DNA of 64,000 nt from the NCBI GenBank assembly GCA_948524275.1, contig CAOSLI010000001.1, positions 329,198 to 393,197 of the forward strand, in the 5' to 3' direction. Below the pieces are notes generated by a model. The model was given only the letters and a program-made list of their open reading frames with translations, was not told the origin of the DNA and searched no databases. The position numbers were made by a program, and so were the translations under genes. Source of the stretch: an uncultured Clostridia bacterium. Lineage in GTDB: Bacteria > Bacillota > Clostridia > TANB77 > CAG-508. Positions 9,352 to 19,348 of this stretch are shown here, piece by piece; position 1 is the stretch's first letter, and every line of letters begins with the position of its first letter.

Positions 9352-10005
9352 TTAAGTCAAGTTTTCAATATTCTTAGCAGTCTTTTTACGAATTCTCTGG
9401 ATAGCATTATCAACAGACTTAACACCAGAATTAAGGCTCTCAGCAATTTGAACATAGCTTTGACCCTCAATAAATCTATTTAAGACTTGTTTTTCAAAAG
9501 AACTTAGGTTTTCATCAATAGCCTTTTCAACACTCTTATAATATTCATTTTTAGTAATTGTATCTAAAGGATCTTCAACACTATTGCTAACATCAAGAAT
9601 ATCTAGCAAAGGAGTTTGCTCATCACCATCCTCATTTTCAAAAGAAGGAGTGTTTAGTGAAACATAAGAATTAAGAGGCAAATGTTTTTGTCTATTAGAA
9701 CCTTTAATAGCAGTTATGATTTGTCTTTCAATACACATATTAGCAAAGGTTTTGTAAGAATTATCTTTATCAGGATTAAAAGATTTAACTGATTTGAATA
9801 AACCAACTAGACCTTCTTGAATAATATCTTCTTTTTCAGCACCATTAATATAATACTTGCTAACTTTCATATTAACAGTTTCCTTGTATCTGCTAATCAA
9901 AGTATCTAGCGCAGTTTTATCTTCTGCATTAGCAAGTTTAACTAATTCTTCGTCATTCATTTTGTCATAATTTATTCCTTTAGAAAAGAAAACGTTGTGG
10001 TTCAT
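9352..10005 (-). CDS. sigH: RNA polymerase sigma factor SigH (sigma-H)
   Basis: DIIQEGLVGLFKSVKSFNPDKDNSYKTFANMCIERQIITAIKGSNRQKHLPLNSYVSLN and C-terminal SVDNAIQRIRKK match B. subtilis SigH closely. Confidence 0.85.
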   Translation of the reverse strand: MNHNVFFSKGINYDKMNDEELVKLANAEDKTALDTLISRYKETVNMKVSKYYINGAEKEDIIQEGLVGLFKSVKSFNPDKDNSYKTFANMCIERQIITAIKGSNRQKHLPLNSYVSLNTPSFENEDGDEQTPLLDILDVSNSVEDPLDTITKNEYYKSVEKAIDENLSSFEKQVLNRFIEGQSYVQIAESLNSGVKSVDNAIQRIRKKTAKNIENLT

Positions 10006-10161
10006 ATCTTAGTACATGCTCCTTAAGCTTATTTTCAAGTGTATTATATTTGTAAAAACCTAGATTGTCAATATTTTATTGCGATTTTGTTGAAAATATG
10101 ATATAGTTTAGCTATAAAAAGGAAATTATTTATAAGATGTTTTAAATGAAAGGAAAAGTAA

Positions 10162-11997
10162 ATGGCTTTTGATGGAATAACTTTAAAGAAGATAGTAAGT
10201 GAATTGCAAATATTAGAGGGAGCAAAGGTGAATTATATATATGAACCAGATGTGAGTACCATTGTAATAGGACTTTACAATGGTATTAAATATGCACTTA
10301 ATATAGATGTTTCTGCTAATAACTATAGAATAAACTTAACAACAAAAGCTAAAGCTAATCCACTTATACCACCAAATTTTTGTATGCTACTTAGAAAGTA
10401 TTTAGAAGGAAGTAAGATAACTAAAATTTATATGGAAGGTTTAGAGAGAATTTGCTATATAGATTTTGAATGCTTTAACGAAATTGGTGACAAAGTAGTA
10501 AGAACACTTGTAATAGAACTAATGGGCAAATACAGTAATGTGATATTAGTAAAAGATAATATGATAATAATTGATGCTTTAAAAAGGTTTGACGGTACTT
10601 ACAAAGAAAAGACTACCAAAGATAGTAACATACTAGATAGTAATGTGGTTTCAGATAAATCAAGAGACATTATGCCTGGAAGACATTATATTAAGCCAGA
10701 CTCAGAAAAGAGAGAATTTGAAGACATATCAGAAGAAGAGTTTATTACACTAATAAATGAGTCAGGTGAAAAAACGCTAGATACAGCAATTGTAAATCTT
10801 GTAAATGGAGTAAGTATGCAATTTGTAAAATCAGCATTAGAAGAAAATAAACTTTCAAATACAATAGCAAATTCTAGCATAAAGAGCTTATATAAATATA
10901 TAAATGAAGTGCTTGAAAATAATTGTCAAAATGCCATGATAAAAGATTACAAAAATGGCTATATAGTAAAATTAAAGACAGAACAAAAAGAAAATATAAT
11001 AGACGAACATGTACAAGAAAAAGAGGCTTCAAATATATATAATAATTTACAAGCAAATTTTGTGCTTGATGACTTTTATTTAAAAAAACAAGGCGAAGAA
11101 GAATACAAGAATTTTAGAAATAGTTTACTAAAAATATTAAGTAATACTTTAGATAAAATTGTAAGAAAATTAGACAACATAAATGAAAAGATAAAAGCAT
11201 GTGAAGATATGGAGCAAAATAAAATAGCAGGTGAATTATTACTTAGCAATATTTATAGATTTACAGAAAACTATGAAAAAGCAAAAGAGCCAGGTATAAT
11301 ATTAATTACAGAAGATACAGAGTATGTAGAACTCAAAAATTATTATGATGATAATAAACTATTAAAAATAAAAATTAATCCAAAACTTACAATATCAAAA
11401 AATGCTGATAAATATTTTAAAAAATATAATAAAGAAAAAAACACACTAGAAGTAACCAAAATCCAAAAAGAGCAAACACAAAAGGAATTAAATTATATAG
11501 AATCTTTGGTTTATGAGTTAGATAATTGCAAGACAATAGAAGAGATTGATGAAGTCTACAATGAAGTAACCGAAAATATACTGTTTACTGACTTAAAATT
11601 AAATAGAAAAGAAAAAAAGACAAATAAAAAAGATGTATCAATGCTAGATAATTATATGAAACTTAAAGTTGATGATTATGACGTATTTATTGGAAAAAAT
11701 AATAAGCAAAATGATTATTTGACATTAAAGGTAGCTAAGGACAATGATTACTGGTTTCATACGAAAGATATCCATGGAAGCCATTTAATATTAAAATGTA
11801 ACGGACAGATGCCAAAGGAAGAAACAATAATAAGATGCGCAGAGCTTGCAAGTTATTATAGTAAGGCAAAATTTTCATCAAATGTGCCAGTCGACTATAC
11901 TCTAGCTAAGTATGTAAAAAAGCCAAAAGGAACACCGCCAGGCTATGTAATATTTACAAATAATAAAACTGTGTATGTAAATCCAAGTAATGGATAA
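10162..11997 (+). CDS. rqcH: NFACT-family ribosome quality control protein RqcH (fibronectin-binding protein A-like)
   Basis: 611 aa; N-terminal MAFDGITLKKIVSELQ NFACT-N domain, coiled-coil middle, C-terminal NFACT-R (DYWFHTKDIHGSHLIL). Confidence 0.8.
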   Translation: MAFDGITLKKIVSELQILEGAKVNYIYEPDVSTIVIGLYNGIKYALNIDVSANNYRINLTTKAKANPLIPPNFCMLLRKYLEGSKITKIYMEGLERICYIDFECFNEIGDKVVRTLVIELMGKYSNVILVKDNMIIIDALKRFDGTYKEKTTKDSNILDSNVVSDKSRDIMPGRHYIKPDSEKREFEDISEEEFITLINESGEKTLDTAIVNLVNGVSMQFVKSALEENKLSNTIANSSIKSLYKYINEVLENNCQNAMIKDYKNGYIVKLKTEQKENIIDEHVQEKEASNIYNNLQANFVLDDFYLKKQGEEEYKNFRNSLLKILSNTLDKIVRKLDNINEKIKACEDMEQNKIAGELLLSNIYRFTENYEKAKEPGIILITEDTEYVELKNYYDDNKLLKIKINPKLTISKNADKYFKKYNKEKNTLEVTKIQKEQTQKELNYIESLVYELDNCKTIEEIDEVYNEVTENILFTDLKLNRKEKKTNKKDVSMLDNYMKLKVDDYDVFIGKNNKQNDYLTLKVAKDNDYWFHTKDIHGSHLILKCNGQMPKEETIIRCAELASYYSKAKFSSNVPVDYTLAKYVKKPKGTPPGYVIFTNNKTVYVNPSNG

Positions 11998-12047
11998 TGT
12001 ATAACTAGATAAGAGGTTAAATTATTTATTTTTTTACATTATATAAC

Positions 12048-12076
12048 TTGAAAATGCCTTGATAGTGTAGTACAAT
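12048..12076 (+). promoter_or_regulatory. Sigma-A-type promoter upstream of der
   Basis: TTGAAA - 17 nt - TACAAT. Confidence 0.5.
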
Positions 12077-12103
12077 ACATATTAGTGAAAAGGAGAGTGA
12101 GAG

Positions 12104-13435
12104 ATGTCAAAACCAACAGTAGCAATAATAGGAAAGCCAAATGTAGGTAAATCAACATTCTTCAATTATTTAGTTGGAGAAAGAAGAGCAATAGTTGAAG
12201 ATACCCCAGGAGTGACCAGAGATAGAATTTATGGTGAGACTAACTGGAGAGGCAAGAAGTTTACGATAATAGATACAGGTGGAATTGAAGAAAAATCCGA
12301 AGATGTTATAGCAAGCCAAATGAGAATGCAAGCAGAAATTGCAATCGAACTTGCAGATGTTATACTTTTTATTACTGACATACAAACTGGTGTAACAAGT
12401 GTGGATAAAGAGATTGCATTAATGCTTAAAAAAGCTAAAAAAGAAATCATCTTGGTATGTAATAAAGTTGATGATTACAAAAAATTTCAGAGTGATTTAT
12501 ATGAATTCTATAATCTAGGACTAGGAGAGCCACATGCTATTTCATCAGCAAATGCACAAGGAATAGGAGATGTACTAGATGCAGTATATGAACATCTTCC
12601 AAAGGATGATGAAGATGAAAATGATGAGGATAAAATAAAAGTTGCAGTAATAGGAAAACCTAACGTAGGAAAATCTTCACTTATAAATAAAATTTTAGGA
12701 GAAAATAGACTAATCGTAAGTAATATAGCAGGAACTACAAGAGACGCTATTGATTCGGAATTTGAAAATTCGCATGGAAAATATATTTTTATAGATACAG
12801 CAGGACTACGCAGACATAGTAAAGTAGATGAGAAGATTGAAAAGTATAGCGTACTAAGAACTAGCTTAGCAATAGAAAGAGCAGATGTATGTATTCTTAT
12901 GATAGATGCAAATGAAGGTGTAACTGAGCAAGATGCAAAAATTGCAGGTGAGGCTCATGAATCAGGAAAAGCTGTTATTATTGCAATAAATAAATGGGAC
13001 GAATATGAAAAGGAAAATGGTACACTAGAACAATATACAAAAGATGTATATAATAAATTATCTTATCTTTCATATGCACCAATAGTATTTATATCAGCAA
13101 AAACAGGACAAAGAGTAGATAAAATATTTGACATGATAAATGAAGTATCAAACAACAATGCAATGAGAATTCCAACATCAAATTTAAATGAACTTCTAGC
13201 GGAAGCAATAGCAATGGTACAACCACCAACAGATAAAGGAAGAAGACTTAAAATATATTATATGACTCAGGTAAGTACAAAACCACCAACATTTGCAGTA
13301 TTTGTAAACAGCAAAAAGTTATTTCATTTCTCATATCAAAGATATTTAGTAAATAAATTAAGGCAAGAATATGGTTTTAATGGAACACCAATTAGAATGC
13401 TTGCAAGAGAAAAGAAAGATGAAGATGATGAATAA
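12104..13435 (+). CDS. der: Ribosome biogenesis GTPase Der (EngA)
   Basis: Two tandem GTPase domains (GKPNVGKST and GKPNVGKSS P-loops) plus KH-like C-terminus. Confidence 0.9.
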   Translation: MSKPTVAIIGKPNVGKSTFFNYLVGERRAIVEDTPGVTRDRIYGETNWRGKKFTIIDTGGIEEKSEDVIASQMRMQAEIAIELADVILFITDIQTGVTSVDKEIALMLKKAKKEIILVCNKVDDYKKFQSDLYEFYNLGLGEPHAISSANAQGIGDVLDAVYEHLPKDDEDENDEDKIKVAVIGKPNVGKSSLINKILGENRLIVSNIAGTTRDAIDSEFENSHGKYIFIDTAGLRRHSKVDEKIEKYSVLRTSLAIERADVCILMIDANEGVTEQDAKIAGEAHESGKAVIIAINKWDEYEKENGTLEQYTKDVYNKLSYLSYAPIVFISAKTGQRVDKIFDMINEVSNNNAMRIPTSNLNELLAEAIAMVQPPTDKGRRLKIYYMTQVSTKPPTFAVFVNSKKLFHFSYQRYLVNKLRQEYGFNGTPIRMLAREKKDEDDE

Positions 13436-13461
13436 TATTAATTTATATGGAGGAAAATAAA

Positions 13462-14106
13462 ATGTTAAATTATATAGTAGTAGCGATATGCGCATATTTA
13501 ATAGGAAGTATAAGTTTTTCAGTAATATTTACAAAGAAGTTTGCAGGATTTGATGTAAGAGAAAAAGGAAGCGGAAATGCAGGAACAACAAACGTATTAA
13601 GAACAGCTGGAAAGACACCTGCAATATTAACTTTAGTGTGTGATATTTTAAAAGGAGTTTTTGCAATTTTATTAGCACTTTTAGTAGGTGAAATGGTAAA
13701 AGGTGATAGCGTAACAAGAGCAATACTTGTAGAAATTGCAGGTATATTTGTTATAATTGGTCATACATTTCCTGCATTCTTTAAATTTAAAGGTGGAAAA
13801 GGTGTTGCAACAGCTTTAGGTGTAATAATAATGATTAACTGGAGAATTGGATTAATCTGCTTAATATTTGCACTTATATTCATGGCAATATCAAGAATGG
13901 TTTCACTAGGATCAATTGCAGCAGGAGTACTTTTCCCAGTACTATGCATATTTAATAAAGCATACTACATAATAAGTAGTGATGACACCCATATGAGTTA
14001 TATTATATTTGCTATAATCTTAGGAGTAATTATAATATTTAATCATAGAAGTAATATAACAAGAATAGCTAATGGAACTGAAAATAAGATTAGCTTCAAA
14101 AAATAA
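13462..14106 (+). CDS. plsY: Glycerol-3-phosphate acyltransferase PlsY
   Basis: MLNYIVVAICAYLIGSISFSVIF...GSGNAGTTNVLR; start chosen at ATG 13462 after a GGAGG RBS (the ORF track starts at 13447). Confidence 0.85.
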   Translation: MLNYIVVAICAYLIGSISFSVIFTKKFAGFDVREKGSGNAGTTNVLRTAGKTPAILTLVCDILKGVFAILLALLVGEMVKGDSVTRAILVEIAGIFVIIGHTFPAFFKFKGGKGVATALGVIIMINWRIGLICLIFALIFMAISRMVSLGSIAAGVLFPVLCIFNKAYYIISSDDTHMSYIIFAIILGVIIIFNHRSNITRIANGTENKISFKK

Positions 14107-14131
14107 ATTTAATAGAAGAGGAGAAAAGCAA

Positions 14132-15127
14132 ATGAAGACAGTTGCAGTAATTGGAAGTGGAAGTTGGGGCGTAGCATTAGGACAGCACTTAGCGGAGCTA
14201 GGCAATAAAGTAAAGATATGGTCTTTTACTGAGGAAGAAAGAGACTTAATAAATAATGAACATAAATGCAAATTCATACCTGACTTAGTAATAAATGAAA
14301 ATGTGGTATGCTCTAATGATATAAAAGAAGTTGTAGAGGGTAGTGATTTTATAATAAATGTAACACCTTCAAAATTTACAAGAACGACATTTAGAACATT
14401 TAAGGATTATGTAGGAGACAAGCCTATTATTATATGCTCTAAGGGATTAGAAGAAGCAACATTAAAAACATTAGATGAAGTGTTTATTGACGAAATGCCT
14501 AATGTAAGAGTAGCAGCCTTGTCAGGTCCAAGCTATGCAACAGAGGTATGCAAACATATACCAACAGCAATGATACTAGCTTCAAAAGATGAAAGAATTC
14601 TAGAAGAAATACCACAAGTATTTTCTAATGAATATATGAGAATATATAAATCAACTGATATTATAGGGACAGAAGTAGGTGGTGCTATAAAAAATGTTAT
14701 AGCATTTTGCGCAGGTATTTGTGAAGAATTAGGCTTTGGAACAAATGCACAAGCAGCTTTAATTACAAGAGGATTAACAGAAATTGCAAGATTAGGCGTA
14801 AAAATGGGTGGAAACCTTGATACATTTTATGGATTATCAGGATTAGGTGATTTAATTCTTACATGTTCAAGCGATGAAAGCAGAAACAGAAGAGCAGGTA
14901 GACTTATAGGAAAAGGACTAAGTGTAGAAGAAGCAAAACAAGAGATAGGTATGACAATAGAAAGTGTTGACAATATTAAAACGGTAAAAGAATTAAAAGA
15001 AAAATATGATGTTGATATGCCAATTGTGGATGCAGCATATGATGTATTATTTAATAATTTATCAGCAGAAGATGCAGCAAAACAATTAATGACAAGAAGA
15101 TTAAAATTTGAATCAGAAGAAAAATAA
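14132..15127 (+). CDS. gpsA: NAD(P)H-dependent glycerol-3-phosphate dehydrogenase GpsA
   Basis: MKTVAVIGSGSWG Rossmann N-terminus; conserved der-plsY-gpsA order; RBS AGAGGAG before ATG 14132. Confidence 0.9.
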   Translation: MKTVAVIGSGSWGVALGQHLAELGNKVKIWSFTEEERDLINNEHKCKFIPDLVINENVVCSNDIKEVVEGSDFIINVTPSKFTRTTFRTFKDYVGDKPIIICSKGLEEATLKTLDEVFIDEMPNVRVAALSGPSYATEVCKHIPTAMILASKDERILEEIPQVFSNEYMRIYKSTDIIGTEVGGAIKNVIAFCAGICEELGFGTNAQAALITRGLTEIARLGVKMGGNLDTFYGLSGLGDLILTCSSDESRNRRAGRLIGKGLSVEEAKQEIGMTIESVDNIKTVKELKEKYDVDMPIVDAAYDVLFNNLSAEDAAKQLMTRRLKFESEEK

Positions 15128-15215
15128 AATTGAATAAATATGCAAATATTGCTAATAATATAGTAAAAAATAGTGCTTAGAATATAAAAGTATAAGCAGA
15201 AAAAACGAGGTTTTT

Positions 15216-16220
15216 ATGAAAAAAGAAACAGGAAAGTATTTGGCTATATTATTAGGAATTATTTGTTTAATTTTAGCAATAATCTTAATCTATGTAAAGG
15301 TTATGGCAGCAGATAATAAAGCAAGTGAAAAAGATCTAAATAATAAAATTGAAGAAGAGGTAAAATATCTTGACTCAAACCTTATAAGTTTAATGAACAA
15401 ATTGAATAATATTACAGTAATCAATTATAAGGTATATACAAGAGAAATAAATGATTCATCTTCTAATTCAGCAGAAAGCTCTGGAAAAGGGAATTCATCT
15501 TCATCAATGCAACAGGGAAACTCTAGTAGTGGAGAGTCTTCTGGACAATCGCAACAAGGAGGAGGTTCTTCTGGACAAGGAAGCTCTGGAGGTCAAGGTG
15601 GTTCTCAAAGTCAAAATGGTGAGGGGTCATCTTCAGGCAGTTCTAAACCGATAACTGTATCAGAGTTGATACCTAATACAATTTTGTCTAATAATAGTGA
15701 AACTGATTGGACTGAGCTTGCTTATTTATTAGAAAATATATATTCAACATGGCCAACAATTAGTTTAGATTTAAAAGAAAAAGGTATTGCTGTTGATATG
15801 ATAGATTCATTTTCATTATCAATGAATGGAGCGATACAATCTCTTAAAAATCAAGATAAGAACAATACCTTAATAAATTTATACAATATGTATATAAACT
15901 TACCTAAATATATAATTTCTATAACTAATGACGCAGGAAAGGTTAATTTATATAATACTAAAGCAAATATATTAAATGCATATGTACTAGCAACAACAAG
16001 TGATAAATGGAATGATATAACTAATAGCATAATAGAAGCTAAGAACAATTTTAATACAATTTTGACAAGTGAAAATAATGACAGAAGCGAAAAAAATAAT
16101 TTGCAAAAAACATATGTTATAATGGAAGATTTAGAAAGAGCAAGCAAACTTAATGATAAAGATATATTTTTAATTGGGTATAAAAATGTTATTGGTCAGT
16201 TTCAAACAATGAAAGAATAA
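15216..16220 (+). CDS. Membrane-anchored hypothetical protein with Ser/Gly/Gln-rich low-complexity linker
   Basis: N-terminal TM helix, about 70-aa S/G/Q-rich disordered segment (15470-15650), globular C-terminal domain; no recognisable family. Confidence 0.5.
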   Translation: MKKETGKYLAILLGIICLILAIILIYVKVMAADNKASEKDLNNKIEEEVKYLDSNLISLMNKLNNITVINYKVYTREINDSSSNSAESSGKGNSSSSMQQGNSSSGESSGQSQQGGGSSGQGSSGGQGGSQSQNGEGSSSGSSKPITVSELIPNTILSNNSETDWTELAYLLENIYSTWPTISLDLKEKGIAVDMIDSFSLSMNGAIQSLKNQDKNNTLINLYNMYINLPKYIISITNDAGKVNLYNTKANILNAYVLATTSDKWNDITNSIIEAKNNFNTILTSENNDRSEKNNLQKTYVIMEDLERASKLNDKDIFLIGYKNVIGQFQTMKE

Positions 16221-16281
16221 GAAAAAAAGGTTTATAGGTAAATCCTTTAAAAACCTAAATACATACAGGGAAAAAAGAAAA

Positions 16282-18441
16282 ATGAATATAGTACAAATAA
16301 TAGCAAATGAATTAAGCATAAGGGAAACACAAGTTTCAAAGACAATCGAACTTATTGATAGTGGTAATACAATTCCATTTATAGCAAGATACAGAAAAGA
16401 AGTTACTGGAAACCTAAGTGATGAGGTTTTAAGAAATTTAAATGATAGATTAACTTATCTTAGGAATTTAGAAAATAGAAAGGAAGAAGTTAAGACATCA
16501 ATAGAAAATCAAGGAAAACTTACAGATGAAATAGTAGCAGATTTAGAAAATGCAATGACTCTAGCAGAAGTAGAAGATATTTATAGACCATATAAGCAAA
16601 AGAAAAAGACAAGAGCAATCATAGCTAAACAAAGAGGATTAGAGCCTTTAGCCAACAATATTTTAGAGCAAAAGGATAGTACAGACATTGAGGAAGTAGC
16701 TAAAGAATTTATAAATGAAGAAGTACCAACTGCTGAAGATGCAATTCAAGGCGCAAAAGATATAATAAGCGAAATCATATCTGATGACCCTGATTTCAGA
16801 AAGAAAATTAAGAGTACATATTATAGAGAAGGAATAATTGAGACAACTGCATCTAAGCCTGATGAGAAGTCGGCTTATGAAATGTATTATAAATTTGAAG
16901 AAAGAATATCTTCAATACCAAGCCATAGAATTTTAGCAATAAATAGAGGAGAAAAAGAAGAATTTTTAAAAGTTAAGCTAAGAAAGCCTGATGATAAAAT
17001 TATAGAAATGATATGCAAAAAAATGATAATATCTTCAGGAAAAAGAGCAACACTAATACAAGAGGCAGCAGAAGATAGTTATTCAAGACTAATTGAGCCA
17101 TCAGTAGATAGAGAAATTCGTTCAGATTTAACTGAAAAGGCAGATAAACAAGCAATAATGGTATTTGGAAAAAATGCAAAACAACTTCTATTAGGAGCAC
17201 CACTTAAAGGTTTAACAGTACTAGGATTTGACCCAGCATACAGAACTGGATGTAAATTAGCAGTAATTGATGAAACCGGAAAAGTGCTAGACACTGGTGT
17301 TGTATATCCAACAGAGCCACAAAATGATATAGAGGGTGCAAAAAAAGAGCTAATTAGACTTATAACAAAAGATAAGATAAACATGATTGCAATTGGAAAT
17401 GGAACAGCATCAAGAGAATCTGAGATGTTTGTATCAGATACTATAAAAGAAGTTAAAGAAAAGCTTGGAATTGATGTATATTATGCAATTGTTAGTGAAG
17501 CGGGAGCATCAGTTTATTCTGCATCAAAGCTTGCAACAGAAGAATATCCAGATTTAAATGTATCAATAAGAGGAGCAATTTCAATAGCAAGAAGATTGCA
17601 AGATCCTTTAGCAGAATTCGTTAAAATTGATCCAAAAGCAATAGGAATCGGACAATACCAACATGATGTAGACCAAAAACAATTATCAGAAAGCTTATCA
17701 GGAGTTGTAGAAGACGCAGTAAATGAAGTTGGTGTAGATGTTAACACTGCAACTGCGCCACTACTTTCATATGTATCAGGAATAAACTCAGGAATAGCCA
17801 AAAACATTGTAAAATACAGAGATGAGCAAGGCAAATTTAAAGAAAGGAAAGAGCTTCTTAAAGTCCCTAAGCTAGGAAAAGTTGCATTTGAGCAATGCGC
17901 CGGATTTATTAGAATACCAAATGGTAAAAATCCACTAGAAATAACAGCAGTTCACCCTGAAAGTTATGAAGTCGCTGAAAAGCTTTTAGAAAACATAGGA
18001 AACAAAAAAGAAGATATATTAGACAAAGACAAATTAAAAGATATAAGAACTAAATTATTAGCGATAAATGTTGCTAAAACTGCCACAGAACTTGATATAG
18101 GAGAAATAACATTAAAAGATATAATAGCTGAACTTTGTAAACCAGGTCGTGACCCAAGAGAAGACATGCCAAAGCCAATTCTTCGTAGTGATGTATTAAA
18201 ATTTGAAGATTTAAAAGAAGAAATGGTACTAACAGGGACAGTTAGAAATATTACTGATTTTGGAGCATTTGTTGATGTTGGGGTAAAACATGATGGATTA
18301 GTACACATATCAGAAATGAGCGATAAATTCGTTAAAAAGCCATCTGATATTGTATCTATTGGAGATATTGTAAAGGTAAGAGTAATTGGAATCGATTTTG
18401 AAAAACAAAAAGTTAAGTTGTCAATGAAGGATATAAAATAA
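16282..18441 (+). CDS. tex: Transcription accessory protein Tex (S1 RNA-binding domain)
   Basis: 719 aa; YqgF/RuvC-like and HhH domains, C-terminal S1 domain (GTVRNITDFGAFVDVGVKHDGLVHISEMS). Confidence 0.9.
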   Translation: MNIVQIIANELSIRETQVSKTIELIDSGNTIPFIARYRKEVTGNLSDEVLRNLNDRLTYLRNLENRKEEVKTSIENQGKLTDEIVADLENAMTLAEVEDIYRPYKQKKKTRAIIAKQRGLEPLANNILEQKDSTDIEEVAKEFINEEVPTAEDAIQGAKDIISEIISDDPDFRKKIKSTYYREGIIETTASKPDEKSAYEMYYKFEERISSIPSHRILAINRGEKEEFLKVKLRKPDDKIIEMICKKMIISSGKRATLIQEAAEDSYSRLIEPSVDREIRSDLTEKADKQAIMVFGKNAKQLLLGAPLKGLTVLGFDPAYRTGCKLAVIDETGKVLDTGVVYPTEPQNDIEGAKKELIRLITKDKINMIAIGNGTASRESEMFVSDTIKEVKEKLGIDVYYAIVSEAGASVYSASKLATEEYPDLNVSIRGAISIARRLQDPLAEFVKIDPKAIGIGQYQHDVDQKQLSESLSGVVEDAVNEVGVDVNTATAPLLSYVSGINSGIAKNIVKYRDEQGKFKERKELLKVPKLGKVAFEQCAGFIRIPNGKNPLEITAVHPESYEVAEKLLENIGNKKEDILDKDKLKDIRTKLLAINVAKTATELDIGEITLKDIIAELCKPGRDPREDMPKPILRSDVLKFEDLKEEMVLTGTVRNITDFGAFVDVGVKHDGLVHISEMSDKFVKKPSDIVSIGDIVKVRVIGIDFEKQKVKLSMKDIK

Positions 18442-18532
18442 ATTACTTATTTTTGGAAAAATGCTTGACATATCAATTTTTGGGATATATAATAAATATA
18501 TCAACAGATTATTCATATATATGTAAACACTA

Positions 18533-18566
18533 AAAAAGACTAGGACTGCATTTCCTAGTCTTTTTT
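18533..18566. terminator. Bidirectional intrinsic terminator (tex on + strand; small peptide gene on - strand)
   Basis: A6-GACTAGGA-loop-CCTAGTC-T6. Confidence 0.8.
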
Positions 18567-18574
18567 CCGTATTG

Positions 18575-18643
18575 TTAGTTATCTTTATCATGTATAATTA
18601 CATATACTATGATAAGTGCTAACAACTTCAACAAACTGTTCAT
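18575..18643 (-). CDS. 22-aa hydrophobic peptide MNSLLKLLALIIVYVIIHDKDN (type I toxin-like small ORF)
   Basis: AGGAGG SD 12 nt upstream, ATG start. Single TM-like segment with a charged tail. A paralogous ORF is present at 44853..44927 with the same flanking architecture. Confidence 0.45.
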   Translation of the reverse strand: MNSLLKLLALIIVYVIIHDKDN

Positions 18644-18655
18644 TATATGTAAACG

Positions 18656-18719
18656 CCTCCTTTCTACCTTTTATGAAGAAAGGCTACCATATAATACCAT
18701 GATGTCGAATAAATGTCAA
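18656..18719 (-). promoter_or_regulatory. Sigma-A-like promoter and SD-sequestering 5' UTR stem for the small peptide ORF
   Basis: Minus-strand TTGACA (18714-18719) - 17 nt - TATTAT (18691-18696). The leader forms CCTTTCT/AGAAAGG stem overlapping the AGGAGG SD. Confidence 0.4.
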
Positions 18720-18770
18720 TAATTGACAAAAATAAATAATTTAATTTATAGAAAATAAAATTACGAAAAT

Positions 18771-18799
18771 TTGACAAAATAATAAAAAGATAGTAAAAT
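18771..18799 (+). promoter_or_regulatory. Promoter of rnpB
   Basis: TTGACA - 17 nt - TAAAAT, about 7 nt upstream of predicted P1 start. Confidence 0.5.
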
Positions 18800-18805
18800 A
18801 AAATT

Positions 18806-19168
18806 TAGTAAATCAAATGGTCGCGCTATTTCAATGCCGAAAGGCGAAAAGTGAGGAAAGTCCGGGCCCCATAGAGCAGGATGCTTGATAACGTCAAGTG
18901 AGGGTAACCTTAAGGAAAGTGCAACAGAAAATAACCGCCGTGAATGAAATTAATTTCAGGCACGGTAAGGGTGAAAAGGCGAGGTAAGAGCTCACCGTAG
19001 ATGTAGTGATACATCTAGCCGTGTAAACCCCATCTGGAGCAACACCGAGACTAGGAGAAATAAAGTGGCTGCTCGTCATCTCCTTAAATTGGTGGCAAAG
19101 AGTCATATAGCAATATATGTCCAAGATAAATGACCATTCTTCGACAGAACCCGGCTTACAGATTTACT
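18806..19168 (+). ncRNA. rnpB: RNase P RNA (bacterial type B)
   Basis: P1 pairing AGTAAATC(18806-18813)/GATTTACT(19161-19168); universally conserved GAGGAAAGTCCGGGC (P4 5' strand) at about 18854; 3' P4 strand ACAGAACCCGGCTTA; T-rich tail; about 363 nt. Confidence 0.8.
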
Positions 19169-19348
19169 ATTTTTTATTGATATCAGTATTTTAATATTAT
19201 GTAAAATGAATTATTTGGATAATAATCTATTACAAAAACAGAATAAGCAAGACTGAAAAGTCACATAATAAAATTAGTACAAATTAAAATGTACTAATTT
19301 TTCATGTGTATTTTTAATACAAAGTAAAATTATAAGGAGGGAATTAAA

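Noticed and set aside
15451-15654. 67-aa ORF in alternative frame inside 15216..16220
   Set aside because: Falls within the Ser/Gly-rich low-complexity coding segment of the longer gene; compositional artefact
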